A DNA stretch of 64,000 nucleotides, from positions 128,001-192,000 of the forward strand of contig JBBIPC010000002.1 of assembly GCA_037443035.1 (NCBI GenBank), written 5' to 3'. The notes under the pieces are model-generated. The model was not told the DNA's origin. It saw only the letters and a list, made by a program, of their open reading frames with translations, and ran no database searches. Positions 37,270-47,094 of this stretch are shown one piece after another (within the stretch, counting starts at the first letter, position 1; every line of letters begins with the position of its first letter). The translations under genes were made by a program, and so were the position numbers. This DNA comes from Chthonomonadales bacterium. Lineage in GTDB: Bacteria; Armatimonadota; Chthonomonadetes; Chthonomonadales; CAJBBX01.

Positions 37270-39222
37270 ATGGCTGAAGAACACCACGTCTCGCACTTCG
37301 CCATGCACATAGACGGTTCACCCGCCCCCAAAGAAGTCATGGACCAGCTTCTCGACTGCACCATCGAGAATAGCCTCCACCTTCCGGATATGTGCACGGT
37401 ACGGATCCACCATGGTGAGGCAGACAAGCAGGGCATGTACAAGTTCATCGATTCGCCTCAGTTCGCTGTTGGCAAGGCGATGAAGATTACGGGTGGTGAA
37501 GGTCCGAGCGGCGATTCGACCCTGTTCGAAGGGGAGATCGTCGGCGTCGAGCTAGACCTGGCCGCACACGGCGTGCCCACTCTGGTGGTGCGATGTTTCG
37601 ACAAGAGCCACCGCTTGCATAGGGGAAGGCAGGCCCGCACGTTCGTTCAGATGAAGGACACGGACATTGTGCAGCGCGTCGCAGGCGAGGCTGGCCTGAG
37701 CGTCGAGGCCGATCAGACCAGCGAAGTCCATGACTGGGTCATGCAGAACAACCAGACCAACTGGGAGTTCCTGCAAGAACGTGCGGCCCGGAACGGCTTC
37801 CGGCTCTTCCTGAAAGACGGCAGCAAGCTGTGCTTCAAGAAGGTCGAGGATGATGGTCGGACAACCCATACCCTCGAGTGGGGCAAGGAGCTACGCAGCT
37901 TCCGGCCCAGGGTATCGGCGTCTCCCCAGGTGGACGAGGTGGAGGTGCGTGGTTGGGATCCCAAGAAGAAACAGGCGATTATCGCAAGAGCCAAGTCCGC
38001 CAAGGGCGTGCCGAAGGTACGGCAGGATCGTCAAGGTGGAGAGGTCGCCAAGCGCGCGTTTGGCAGCGCCAAGATGGTCGTCGTCGATCGTCCCGTCCAT
38101 AGCGAAGGCGAAGCTAAGGCCATCGCCCAGTCGTTGTGTGACGAGATTGGGGCCTCCTTCCTGGAAGCCGAGGGTCTCTGCTACGGCGTGCCGCAGATGC
38201 GGCCGGAGGACATGGTCAAGATCCAGAACATCGGTGATCGTTTCAGCGGTGAGTACCTGGTCACGTCCTGTACCCACACCTACACACCGGCCGAAGGTTA
38301 CGCCACCGTCTTCACTGTGAGCGGCAAGAAACCTCCGACCCTCCTTTCCGTTCTGGAAGGGGATGAGCTGTCTCGTCGTGCGCCCATCGGTGGCAACATC
38401 GTGGTTGGCGTGGTTACGGACAACAACGACCCCGATAACTTGGCGCGGGTCAAAGTGAAGTTCCCCTGGCTCACCGAGGAGCACGAGAGCTTCTGGTCTC
38501 GTATTGCCGTACCTATGTCCGGCCCAGATAGAGGAATGCTGTTCTTGCCCGAAGTCGGCGACGAGGTCCTCGTGGCTTTCGAGCATGGCGACATCCGACG
38601 CTCCTACATCATAGGCTGCCTCTGGAACGGCAAGGACAAGCCACCAAAGACGCGCAAGGACGACTACGCTAGCTCGAAAGCCGTCAATGGCGGCAAGACC
38701 ACTCGCCGGTGGATACGGACGCGCATGGGGCACATCCTGGAGTTCTTCGATGATTGCGATGGCAAGATTGGTGCCACGCTCCGAACCAACGAAGGCTACC
38801 GGATTCAGCTCCGCGAGAACGACCAGCGCATCGAGATCATCACGAAGAACAAGCACATGATGCTACTCGATGACAAGAACGATGTGATTCGGGTCGTGGA
38901 CAAGACCGACGGCAATCACATCAAGATCAGCACGAGCGACAACTCGATTCTCGTCGAAGCGAAAGGCGACATCACCGTCCGCTCCAAGCAGGGCAACATT
39001 ACCCTCGATGCTATGCAGAAAGTCGTCATTACCGCGAAGCAGGGCATCGAGGCGACTACGCCGCAGCAAGTCAAGATCGAGGGTACTGCCGGGTTCAGCA
39101 TCAAGACTGCCGCCAGCGGGTCTGTGGAAGCCACCAATCTCGATCTCAAGGGCAATGCAAAGGCCAACCTCCAGGGCGGCGCCATGGCGACGATACAGGC
39201 CGCACTGGTCAAGATCAACTAG
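37270..39222 (+). CDS. VgrG-like spike (Afp8/Pvc8 family)
   Basis: gp27-like N-terminal part (QNNQTNWEFL..RA, VEVRGWD); gp5 OB-fold GVVTDNNDP...RVKVKFPW...LPEVGDEVLVAFEHGD; beta-helix tail; no toxin extension. Confidence 0.95.
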   Translation: MAEEHHVSHFAMHIDGSPAPKEVMDQLLDCTIENSLHLPDMCTVRIHHGEADKQGMYKFIDSPQFAVGKAMKITGGEGPSGDSTLFEGEIVGVELDLAAHGVPTLVVRCFDKSHRLHRGRQARTFVQMKDTDIVQRVAGEAGLSVEADQTSEVHDWVMQNNQTNWEFLQERAARNGFRLFLKDGSKLCFKKVEDDGRTTHTLEWGKELRSFRPRVSASPQVDEVEVRGWDPKKKQAIIARAKSAKGVPKVRQDRQGGEVAKRAFGSAKMVVVDRPVHSEGEAKAIAQSLCDEIGASFLEAEGLCYGVPQMRPEDMVKIQNIGDRFSGEYLVTSCTHTYTPAEGYATVFTVSGKKPPTLLSVLEGDELSRRAPIGGNIVVGVVTDNNDPDNLARVKVKFPWLTEEHESFWSRIAVPMSGPDRGMLFLPEVGDEVLVAFEHGDIRRSYIIGCLWNGKDKPPKTRKDDYASSKAVNGGKTTRRWIRTRMGHILEFFDDCDGKIGATLRTNEGYRIQLRENDQRIEIITKNKHMMLLDDKNDVIRVVDKTDGNHIKISTSDNSILVEAKGDITVRSKQGNITLDAMQKVVITAKQGIEATTPQQVKIEGTAGFSIKTAASGSVEATNLDLKGNAKANLQGGAMATIQAALVKIN

Positions 39223-39231
39223 GAGAAGCAC

Positions 39232-39528
39232 ATGCCACCTGCAGCACGCATGGGAGATCCAACTGCACACGGAGGGGTGATCACGATGGGCTGTCCCACT
39301 GTCCTCATCGGAGGTCAACCGGCGGCCCGTCTGGGCGACATGCACACGTGCCCCATGGTCACACCTGGTACACCGCCGGTCCCCCACGTGGGCGGGCCCA
39401 TCCTTCCGCCGTGCCAGCCTACCGTTCTAATCGGCGGCATGCCAGCCGCCAGGGTCGGTGACATGGCCACGTGTGTCGGTCCCCCCGACTCGATTGTGAT
39501 GGGTTGCGTGACCGTGATCATCGCCTGA
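39232..39528 (+). CDS. PAAR spike-tip protein
   Basis: PAARMGD, PAARLGD and PAARVGD with His/Cys ligands. Confidence 0.96.
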   Translation: MPPAARMGDPTAHGGVITMGCPTVLIGGQPAARLGDMHTCPMVTPGTPPVPHVGGPILPPCQPTVLIGGMPAARVGDMATCVGPPDSIVMGCVTVIIA

Positions 39529-39551
39529 ATCCGCCGGTGAGAGGAGGCCTC

Positions 39552-39959
39552 ATGCCCGACGCAACGAAGGATTTCCTGGGATCAGGTTGGAAGTTTCCGC
39601 CGGTCCTCGATAGCCGTGGCCGCATTGCCCTTGTGCACCAAGAGCAGGACGTCGAAGAAGCCATCCAGATGATCCTCCGAACACGCAAGGGAGAGCGACC
39701 CATGCGACCGCAGTTCGGATCGGACCTGCATCTGCTCGCCTTCATGCCCAACGACGCCAGCACGCAGGGCATGGCCTGCCGGTATGTCCGTGAAGCGCTG
39801 GCATGGTGGGAACCCCGCATCGAGGTGGTCGAAGTCAATGCTCGGGCCGACGAAGCGGATCCGGCACGCATGCTCATTGACATTCGTTACCGGCTCTTAG
39901 CCACGAACTCGGAACGGAATCTTGTGTTTCCGTTCTATGTGATCCCCGGAGAGGAGTAG
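39552..39959 (+). CDS. gp25/GPW-like baseplate wedge protein (Afp9-like)
   Basis: GAGGAGG RBS; FLGSGWKFP, ILRTRKGERPMRPQFGS, WEPRI, NLVFPFY. Confidence 0.95.
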   Translation: MPDATKDFLGSGWKFPPVLDSRGRIALVHQEQDVEEAIQMILRTRKGERPMRPQFGSDLHLLAFMPNDASTQGMACRYVREALAWWEPRIEVVEVNARADEADPARMLIDIRYRLLATNSERNLVFPFYVIPGEE

Positions 39960-39968
39960 CACGCCGCC

Positions 39969-42101
39969 ATGTCCCTCCCAAGCCCCAACCTGGACGACCG
40001 AAGCTTCCAGAGCATCGTAGATGACGTCAAGCGTCAGATCGGTCTGCGATGCCCCGAGTGGACCGACCACAACGTCTCGGATCCCGGCGTCACGCTCATC
40101 GAGCTGTTCGCCTGGATGATGGAGATGACGCTGTACCGCCTCAATCAGGTTCCGGAGAAGAACTACCTGAAGTTCCTGGAGATGCTCGGCGTCTCGCTGG
40201 AGCCGCCGCAGCCGGCGCGCACTGACCTGCGATTCCGGCTTTCACGTCCCATCGAGGACACTGACGGAGAGGAGGCGTACGAAGTCACCCTCAAGCCCCG
40301 CTCCACTATCGCGGGCACCGTTCGAACAGAGACCGAGGAGTCCATCGAGTTCGCGACTGACAGTGAACTGAAGATGGTTCGGCCCCGTATGCGCTACGTC
40401 ATCATGGCACCGAAGCGCGACCTGGCTGAAGGTGAGGACGAGCTGACGCGCGACATCCAGGAGTTTCAGCCCGGCCACGGGGCGTTCCAGATTTTCAGTC
40501 CCGTACCGCGGACAGGTGACGCTCTCTACATCGGCTTCGAGAACGACGTCTCGGGGAACCTCATACAGCTAGACGTGGAATGCGTAACCGCCGCGGCTAC
40601 TGGTCTGAACGAAGACTACCCGGCTCAGGTATGGGAGTGGTGGAACGGAACAACGAACAGATGGGAGCGCCTGGAGACGCCCTTCGACGACACCTTTGGC
40701 TGGAACCGGCCTGGTTACATCGAGCTGGACATGCCGCAGAATCTGGTGCCCAGGGTCCTGGGAGGCCGGCGTGCCTACTGGGTGCGTTGCCGATATACGA
40801 TCGATCCGGAAGACGTTCCACCGAAGGGTCCACAGAACCGCGGTCCAGATGAGTACCAGAAGCCGCCTGAGATCACTTCGCTGTTCGCACGCACGGTGGG
40901 CGGCACAGCCCCCGCGAGTCAGTGCACGACGGTATTCGAAGAAGTGCTTGGTCAGAGCGATGGCACTCCCGGCCAGGTTTTCCGCCTCAAGAACGCTCCG
41001 ATCATGCCACGTCGTCCTGGAGAGACGGTTCTCGTCGGCCGCGAGGGTGCGCCGCCCGAGGAAATGCAGAAGTGGACGGAGGTCGTGGACTTCTCCGAAT
41101 CCGGACCGGACGACCTTCACTTCACTTGCGACTCCCTGACCGGGGAGGTAGCCTTCGGACCAGCGATTCCACAACCCGATGGTTCCGCTCGTCGCTATGG
41201 CGCGATACCCGAGAAGGGCATGACGATCGTGTTTTCGGCGTACCGCTTTGGAGGTGGCACACAGGGCAACGTTCGAGAGAACCAGGTCCGCGTCCTCAAG
41301 TCCTCCATACCTTATATCGCGGAGGTGACCAACCCACGCAAGGCCCATGGAGGACAGGACCTGGAGGATATCGAGAGGGCCAAGATGCGGGGCCGCGCTG
41401 TGCTCAAGATGCGCGACCGAGCCGTAACGGCCGAGGATTTCGAGTTTCTTGCCAAACGAGCATCGTCCGGCGTCGGTCGGGCGCGATGCATTCAGCCCGC
41501 CCCTCGGCATCTGTGGACCGATGAAAGCGATGTACCGCCCGGAGTCGTCAAGGTGCTCATCGTTCCGGCGCTGTCCGAGGCCGTCACCGTCCCACGTCCC
41601 GCCGATCTCCGTGTGCCAGAACGCACAAGACGCGATGTCGAGCGCTATCTGGACGAGCGACGGCTTCTCACGACGGTACTCGAAGTCGGCGAGCCGGAGT
41701 ACCTATATGTCTCGACAGACATCGTTCTGGTGGCCGACCCTCATGCCGACGCAGAGGAAGTAGTCCGTCGCGTACGGGAGAAGCTGACGGCGTACCTCCA
41801 TCCGCTCACCGGCGGACCAACGGGCGATGGATGGCCCTTCCGCCGAAGCTTCACCATCTCCGATCTCTATGCACAAGTGGGAGCAGTGGACGGCGTAGCG
41901 TTCCTTCTTGACGCCAAGATATATGTCTCGCAGGTTGCGAACCAGGAAGAGGGCATCCTCGGTCCAGAGCAGCTCGTGCCCAATACGGAAGGCGTACGAG
42001 TGGCAGGTCACCAACTGCTCACCACACGAGAGCACAGGGTACGAGCCCGATCTATCTACCAGGTGGGCGCCGAGGACAGCCCCCTACTCGATGAAGCATA
42101 G
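39969..42101 (+). CDS. Baseplate J-like assembly protein (Afp11-like)
   Basis: LPSPNLDDRSFQ, PEWTDHNVSDPGVTLIELFAW, RAVTAEDFE, LHPLTGGP.G.GWPF. Confidence 0.95.
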   Translation: MSLPSPNLDDRSFQSIVDDVKRQIGLRCPEWTDHNVSDPGVTLIELFAWMMEMTLYRLNQVPEKNYLKFLEMLGVSLEPPQPARTDLRFRLSRPIEDTDGEEAYEVTLKPRSTIAGTVRTETEESIEFATDSELKMVRPRMRYVIMAPKRDLAEGEDELTRDIQEFQPGHGAFQIFSPVPRTGDALYIGFENDVSGNLIQLDVECVTAAATGLNEDYPAQVWEWWNGTTNRWERLETPFDDTFGWNRPGYIELDMPQNLVPRVLGGRRAYWVRCRYTIDPEDVPPKGPQNRGPDEYQKPPEITSLFARTVGGTAPASQCTTVFEEVLGQSDGTPGQVFRLKNAPIMPRRPGETVLVGREGAPPEEMQKWTEVVDFSESGPDDLHFTCDSLTGEVAFGPAIPQPDGSARRYGAIPEKGMTIVFSAYRFGGGTQGNVRENQVRVLKSSIPYIAEVTNPRKAHGGQDLEDIERAKMRGRAVLKMRDRAVTAEDFEFLAKRASSGVGRARCIQPAPRHLWTDESDVPPGVVKVLIVPALSEAVTVPRPADLRVPERTRRDVERYLDERRLLTTVLEVGEPEYLYVSTDIVLVADPHADAEEVVRRVREKLTAYLHPLTGGPTGDGWPFRRSFTISDLYAQVGAVDGVAFLLDAKIYVSQVANQEEGILGPEQLVPNTEGVRVAGHQLLTTREHRVRARSIYQVGAEDSPLLDEA

Positions 42102-42113
42102 GGAAGCGGCTAC

Positions 42114-43265
42114 ATGACAACCACACTGGACGGACGAAGGACGCCGCCGGGCAGCCAGGAAGACATCGGCCAGCCCATACAGAACATCGAGGTATCGGTT
42201 ACACCGGACGCCGTTCGGGTCGAACTCCTCCCCAGGCACGCCGGTTCACCACTGGAACGCCTGCGACCACTGTGGCATGAAGTGGTGAGGCTACCGCGCA
42301 TGGTGCTGAGCGTCACGTCTTCTGACGAACGCCCACGCCTCCTCAGGCTCTCGACCCGTTCGACGGATTCAGCCTGGCGATCATGGTGGACTCGCTGGAC
42401 GTTCGCAGTTCGGACGGTACCGGAGATCCATGGAGGCGACGCCGTCGCGGCTCAGGACATCACACTCGAGGACGATACGATCCTTCAGATACTCGTTCTT
42501 CCTGGAGAGACGCGGGAGGTCGCACTGGAATTCCGTCCTGTCCTGGACGGCACGACTCACCCCGGCGACTATGTCTTCGATATAGTCTACACGGACGTGA
42601 ACGACCGCTCCGAGGGGGCCGTCTCCGCCATGCTTGTGCTCCGGCATCCCGACAGCGTCCTCGAGCGACAGCTACCAGCCATCTACGCCGAGGAGATGGA
42701 CAGACTTCAGGAGGCATCAGGAGAACCCTACGAACCACCGTTCTTCCGGCGGTACCTCCGTGGGTTCGATGATGCGCTGGAGCCCATGAAGGAGACGCTG
42801 GACAACCTGCATCGGTTTTTCGGTGCCTACGAGACGCCGCCGGACTTCCTCCCCTGGCTGGCAACGTGGGTGGACCTCGTTCTGGATCAGAACTGGCCGG
42901 AGATGAAGCGCCGTCGCCTCATACGCGAGGCGGTCGAGCTCTATCGCTGGCGCGGTACCCGGCGTGGGCTCATGCGCTATCTCGAGATCTATGCCGGCGT
43001 GAAACCGGAGATCAACGACCGTCCCTTCCGGGGCATGCGCCTCGGCCCAGACACGGTGCTAGGCACAGGTCTCGAGGATCCAGAAAAGGCCCACCAGAAC
43101 ACCGTGCTTGGTGATGTTCCCGACCATACGTTCGTCGTGACTATCGCAGTACCGGACCCTTCGGCCATTAGTGAGCAAACGGTTCGGGACATCATTGACG
43201 CTCAGAAACCTGCCCACACCGCCTATGTCGTGCGGATTGTACGACGTACATCATCGGAGGAATAG
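42114..43265 (+). CDS. Phage tail protein I-like baseplate subunit with N-terminal extension
   Basis: LPAIY, FLPWLATWV, RRLIREAVELYRWRGTRRG, IIDAQKPAHTAY. Confidence 0.9.
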   Translation: MTTTLDGRRTPPGSQEDIGQPIQNIEVSVTPDAVRVELLPRHAGSPLERLRPLWHEVVRLPRMVLSVTSSDERPRLLRLSTRSTDSAWRSWWTRWTFAVRTVPEIHGGDAVAAQDITLEDDTILQILVLPGETREVALEFRPVLDGTTHPGDYVFDIVYTDVNDRSEGAVSAMLVLRHPDSVLERQLPAIYAEEMDRLQEASGEPYEPPFFRRYLRGFDDALEPMKETLDNLHRFFGAYETPPDFLPWLATWVDLVLDQNWPEMKRRRLIREAVELYRWRGTRRGLMRYLEIYAGVKPEINDRPFRGMRLGPDTVLGTGLEDPEKAHQNTVLGDVPDHTFVVTIAVPDPSAISEQTVRDIIDAQKPAHTAYVVRIVRRTSSEE

Positions 43266-43274
43266 GAGAGTTCC

Positions 43275-44444
43275 ATGCCACTCGAGGACATGATAGCCCA
43301 CCCCATTACCGGCATCCGCCCCTTCAACGAACTCCGTATAGATGCCGAGATCTGGCGCGAAGCCCACGAGCAGCACACGCTCCATCGTCGCCTTCACAAC
43401 GTGTCGGCTCACCGGCCCGGCATCGTCTATGGATTGGAGGTCGTGGTCTCCCAGACGAAGGAGCGGACAATCGTGGTGGCGCCCGGAGTCGCCATAGACG
43501 ATGATGGCAATGTCGTCGTCCTTGGTGAGCCACCAGTGGCGTTCACGCTCGAGGAGAAAGGGCAGACCTATATCACCCTATCGTTCCTCCGCGCTACGGA
43601 CCGGCGATCGGCAGTGACAGTCGGATCCGGTCAGCAGCATTATCGCATCGTCGAAGGTCGCGACGTGCGGGCCACCAAGGAACTCCCGACAGGCCCGTAC
43701 ATCGAACTGGCGCGGATCTGGCGTACTGGCGCTGACAAGCCCGTCAAGGAGGCGGCGAACCCATTCGATCCTGGCAACGACGAGCTCAACCTCCTGAACC
43801 GGCCTATCGCCTTCCCTCATTGTTATGCTGAAGGAGCCGTGGGCGAGCTTTCGTATGTGCCGGTTTCCAATCCCGCCGCATGGAAGCCAAATAGATCCGG
43901 ACTGTGGCATCTGGTCCGGGAAGGCAACGGTCGGGGGTTTCATCTGTCGTTCACCGGTCCCATGAATCTGCGCCAGCCATCCGGGCGCGATCCCATCCTG
44001 CTCTATGTCGCAGGTTCCGAAGCTTTTCAGCCGCTCGCCGATGCCGAAGTCCAAGGCCTTCGCGAATACCTGGGTCGCGGTGGAATGCTGTTTGCCGAGG
44101 CCAGTGGCGGCTCCGAGGCGTTCGCTAAGAGCTTCGAGGAATTGGCGGGCAAGTTGGGCGCGAAGTTGGCGAAGGTCTCGAAGGGGCACCCCTTGCTGAC
44201 CGCTCATCACGTTTTCTCTGGACCACCTCCTGGCGCACAAGAGAAGGGCGTACTTACCGCGGACGTAGAAGCAGGCGTCATCTTGAGCACGTACGATTAT
44301 GGTGGTGCGTGGCAGGGCGATCTCGCCAAGCCCGATGCGGCAGATGCTCGCGACCGAATCCGCCAGGCTCAGGAGTTCGGCCTGAACGTCATCGCCTTCG
44401 CTGCACACCGACTCAGAACACGCGAACTGCGCAAGCTCGGTTAG
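43275..44444 (+). CDS. CIS baseplate/fibre-attachment-like N-terminal domain fused to a DUF4159-like domain
   Basis: N-terminus RLHN...PGIVYGLEV...VAPGVAIDDDG; C-terminus LREYLGRGGMLFAEASGG...HPLL...DYGGAW. Confidence 0.7.
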   Translation: MPLEDMIAHPITGIRPFNELRIDAEIWREAHEQHTLHRRLHNVSAHRPGIVYGLEVVVSQTKERTIVVAPGVAIDDDGNVVVLGEPPVAFTLEEKGQTYITLSFLRATDRRSAVTVGSGQQHYRIVEGRDVRATKELPTGPYIELARIWRTGADKPVKEAANPFDPGNDELNLLNRPIAFPHCYAEGAVGELSYVPVSNPAAWKPNRSGLWHLVREGNGRGFHLSFTGPMNLRQPSGRDPILLYVAGSEAFQPLADAEVQGLREYLGRGGMLFAEASGGSEAFAKSFEELAGKLGAKLAKVSKGHPLLTAHHVFSGPPPGAQEKGVLTADVEAGVILSTYDYGGAWQGDLAKPDAADARDRIRQAQEFGLNVIAFAAHRLRTRELRKLG

Positions 44445-44565
44445 GCAGTAGCCGCCGAGCGTACAGCCGCGAGCATTCATCGTCGCCTGACATAGCGGCG
44501 CAGTCTCCTTGACTGGCGTAGGACGTGAGCACGTCAGGAGCTCGCGTCACACGCCTCATGCGACG

Positions 44566-44594
44566 TTGCCGCTGGAGAGTGCGTCTGCTATAAT
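44566..44594 (+). promoter_or_regulatory. Sigma70-type promoter for the last two genes of the cluster
   Basis: TTGCCG (44566-44571), 17-nt spacer, TATAAT (44589-44594), with an extended-10 TG at 44586-44587. Confidence 0.75.
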
Positions 44595-44667
44595 GGCTGG
44601 GTATGATGCCGTGGCCGCGCGGAGAGCTTTGTAGGCGCGCACCATCCTTGGAAGATCGGAGACGCAA

Positions 44668-47091
44668 GTGGCAGCATCCGAGCAAACGAGGCAGTACCTG
44701 AACCCTCCTCCCCGCAGCGTGCTAGAGGTCGAGGCTGGTTCGGCAGTAGCACTCGCACTCGACTTCAGCAACGAGGCTCCCAACCCGCAGGGTTTCTACC
44801 TCGAAATAGACGGCCTCCCGGCTGCCGACTGGTCTACCGGTGTCGGTCCAACCAGCATGGTAGTAACGGCAGCGTTGGGAGCGGGTACGCTCAAGGCAAC
44901 GTTGCAGCCACCCGTTCGCGCTGCTGCGGCTGAGTATGCTCTGACAGTGAGGATCATCGCCGACGGCTCGGTGCTCGATCCGCCAGGAGACATAGCTCTG
45001 ACCCTCCGTGTGCTACCCGGGCCGGAACCGCCTGAGGAGGAGGTGTCTCCGGAGGCTGCCAGGATCCTGGAGGAAGTAGCCGCTGAGGAGGCGGCCACCC
45101 AAGCCACGTTAGAGACCGCCTTCGAGACATCATCCAGCGCGCCCGCTGTGGAAGTTCCCGCAGTCGAGCCGGCGGTATCCACTCCGGTTCCACCTCCTGC
45201 GCCGGAGCCTGCTCGGCCCACGGAACCGGTCGAGACGCCAACCGTCGCTGAGCCGCCGGCCGTGTCTCCACAGCCAGACATTGGGCCGCAGGTACAGCCA
45301 GCACCGCAGACTCCGGCGGCTACTTCGCCGGCCCCTGAGACACCTGCAAGTCCGCCACGGCCGACACAGCGCTCAGCCTCCGCGGCGCAGCCCCGACCGG
45401 CCGCACCACCCCGCCCTGCCAAGCCACCGGCTGCACCCAAGCCGACAGCTCCGTCGCCTCCTCCGCGGAAGCCCGACGAAGACATGCCCGTCATTGACCT
45501 CGGGGCCACGAGGCCGCACGTCGAAGAAGAGGAGGAAGAGGAACCGGCAATTGCAGAGAGGAGCGTGGTCGATCCCAAGGAGGGTACGGTCATCTCTCTG
45601 AAACCCGGTGAGACCACGCTGGTGCGCTTCAGTTTTCGCAACGAGCAGCGATCGACGCGGACATATGTCATAGACGAGGATCGGTCGCTGGAGCCAGGAT
45701 GGCTCGTTCTCGTGCAAGACCAAGTCAACATCAACGCCAACGGCACGGGTGAAGTCAGTGTGCGCCTCGCCCCACCCATCACAGCGCAGCCCGGGAGCTA
45801 TCCTTTCGTGGTGCGCGTCGGTCCGCTCGGCGCAACGCTGACACCGTGCAGCCTCGTGCTGGAAGTCCAGCCGACGCCTGCAGTGAAGTTGACAACCAAA
45901 CAAGATCTGGTGAAAGTCGGTCCCTTCGGACGGGCAGTGGACTTCGGCCTCATCGTCGAGAGCGCCGGCAACGCCGATACCTCCTTCCGGATCTCGGTGA
46001 AAGACCAGACTGTAGAGACCGATGAGCAGGGCCGCCCGAAGGGACCAGATGATCTGTACGAGACTCCTCTATGGCGGTACCTGTTCGACAAGGAGTTCGA
46101 AACACTCGAGTCCAAGGCCATAGGACGTCCGCCGAACCCCATACCTCTCCGCCTGCGAATGCTGCGCAAGGGCATCTGGTGGTTCGGTTTCAAGGAACAG
46201 CACCAGGCTCGTGTCAAGGCTGTGCCTGTTACCGACCCCACCAACGGAGGCAAGACAGAAAACTCGGTTCTACTGACGGCGATCCGCTGGCGCCTGTTGC
46301 CCATACCCGGCTTCCTGGCATGGCCACTCGCAATCGTCCTGTTCTTGCTCTTGGCTTCCGGCGCGAGCAACATGCGGGTGACCAATGCCTACAGTGTGGG
46401 CAGCTCCTATTATGTCCTGCAGATGCGAGACGATAACTGGACGGAGGGCAAGCCGCCCGTGAACATGACTGCCAAACTCCGGTGGAGCGCCCCGTGGTAC
46501 GCGCTGCTCAGGCTGAAGGCGTCAGAAGAAAACCGGACGGAGACTCACTACTTCGTACACGGGGGCTACGACGATACGATACAGGTCGAGGAATACGGCG
46601 ACAAGCGACGCCGCTCCTATGAAGTCGGTTCTCTGCTCCGTCCTGGCGGTGACCCGATACAGGTTCGGTTCGTCCCCCTGCGAACGGATATGAAATTGCT
46701 GCTCACGATCGGCCCTTCGGCAGCCCCCGTGGACGAATACGAGCGGGATGAATCCATCGGTGAGGACAAGACACCCCTCAAGACGCGAGAGGTCATCATT
46801 GACGTGCCCAGGGATGGCAGCACGCGTATCAACTTCAGCAACCTGACGGACCGAAATCGCGGTTTGAAGATACTGGTTCACCCCGTCACCGTACCCTCCC
46901 AGTTCAGAGTGGAGAACTTCACACTCAACGATTCGTCGCAGATCAACCCGGGAGAAACCCTCACGGCTAAGGTGACCTTTACGGGTACCGCGCCTCCAGA
47001 CGGCTCGAATGTGGAAGAGGATTGGCAGTTCGTCACGACAGACGCCACGCACCAGGTTCTCCATGTGCGCCTCCGGCTGAAGGTGGACTAG
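44668..47091 (+). CDS. Single-pass membrane protein: Ig-like (COG1470-type) domains, Pro-rich linker, TM helix, C-terminal beta-rich region
   Basis: LKPGETTLVRFSFRN...LAPPITAQPGSYPFVVRV; about 120-aa Pro-rich linker; TM PGFLAWPLAIVLFLLLASGA at about 46306-46368. Confidence 0.75.
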   Translation: MAASEQTRQYLNPPPRSVLEVEAGSAVALALDFSNEAPNPQGFYLEIDGLPAADWSTGVGPTSMVVTAALGAGTLKATLQPPVRAAAAEYALTVRIIADGSVLDPPGDIALTLRVLPGPEPPEEEVSPEAARILEEVAAEEAATQATLETAFETSSSAPAVEVPAVEPAVSTPVPPPAPEPARPTEPVETPTVAEPPAVSPQPDIGPQVQPAPQTPAATSPAPETPASPPRPTQRSASAAQPRPAAPPRPAKPPAAPKPTAPSPPPRKPDEDMPVIDLGATRPHVEEEEEEEPAIAERSVVDPKEGTVISLKPGETTLVRFSFRNEQRSTRTYVIDEDRSLEPGWLVLVQDQVNINANGTGEVSVRLAPPITAQPGSYPFVVRVGPLGATLTPCSLVLEVQPTPAVKLTTKQDLVKVGPFGRAVDFGLIVESAGNADTSFRISVKDQTVETDEQGRPKGPDDLYETPLWRYLFDKEFETLESKAIGRPPNPIPLRLRMLRKGIWWFGFKEQHQARVKAVPVTDPTNGGKTENSVLLTAIRWRLLPIPGFLAWPLAIVLFLLLASGASNMRVTNAYSVGSSYYVLQMRDDNWTEGKPPVNMTAKLRWSAPWYALLRLKASEENRTETHYFVHGGYDDTIQVEEYGDKRRRSYEVGSLLRPGGDPIQVRFVPLRTDMKLLLTIGPSAAPVDEYERDESIGEDKTPLKTREVIIDVPRDGSTRINFSNLTDRNRGLKILVHPVTVPSQFRVENFTLNDSSQINPGETLTAKVTFTGTAPPDGSNVEEDWQFVTTDATHQVLHVRLRLKVD

Positions 47092-47094
47092 ACC

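Noticed and set aside
19688..44444. Prophage
   Set aside because: No capsid, portal, terminase, integrase or replication genes; Pvc16-like, LysM initiator and DUF4157 genes point to a CIS
44522..44535. Palindrome GACGTG-AG-CACGTC upstream of the internal promoter
   Set aside because: Short and GC-rich, so plausible by chance; no other copy noticed
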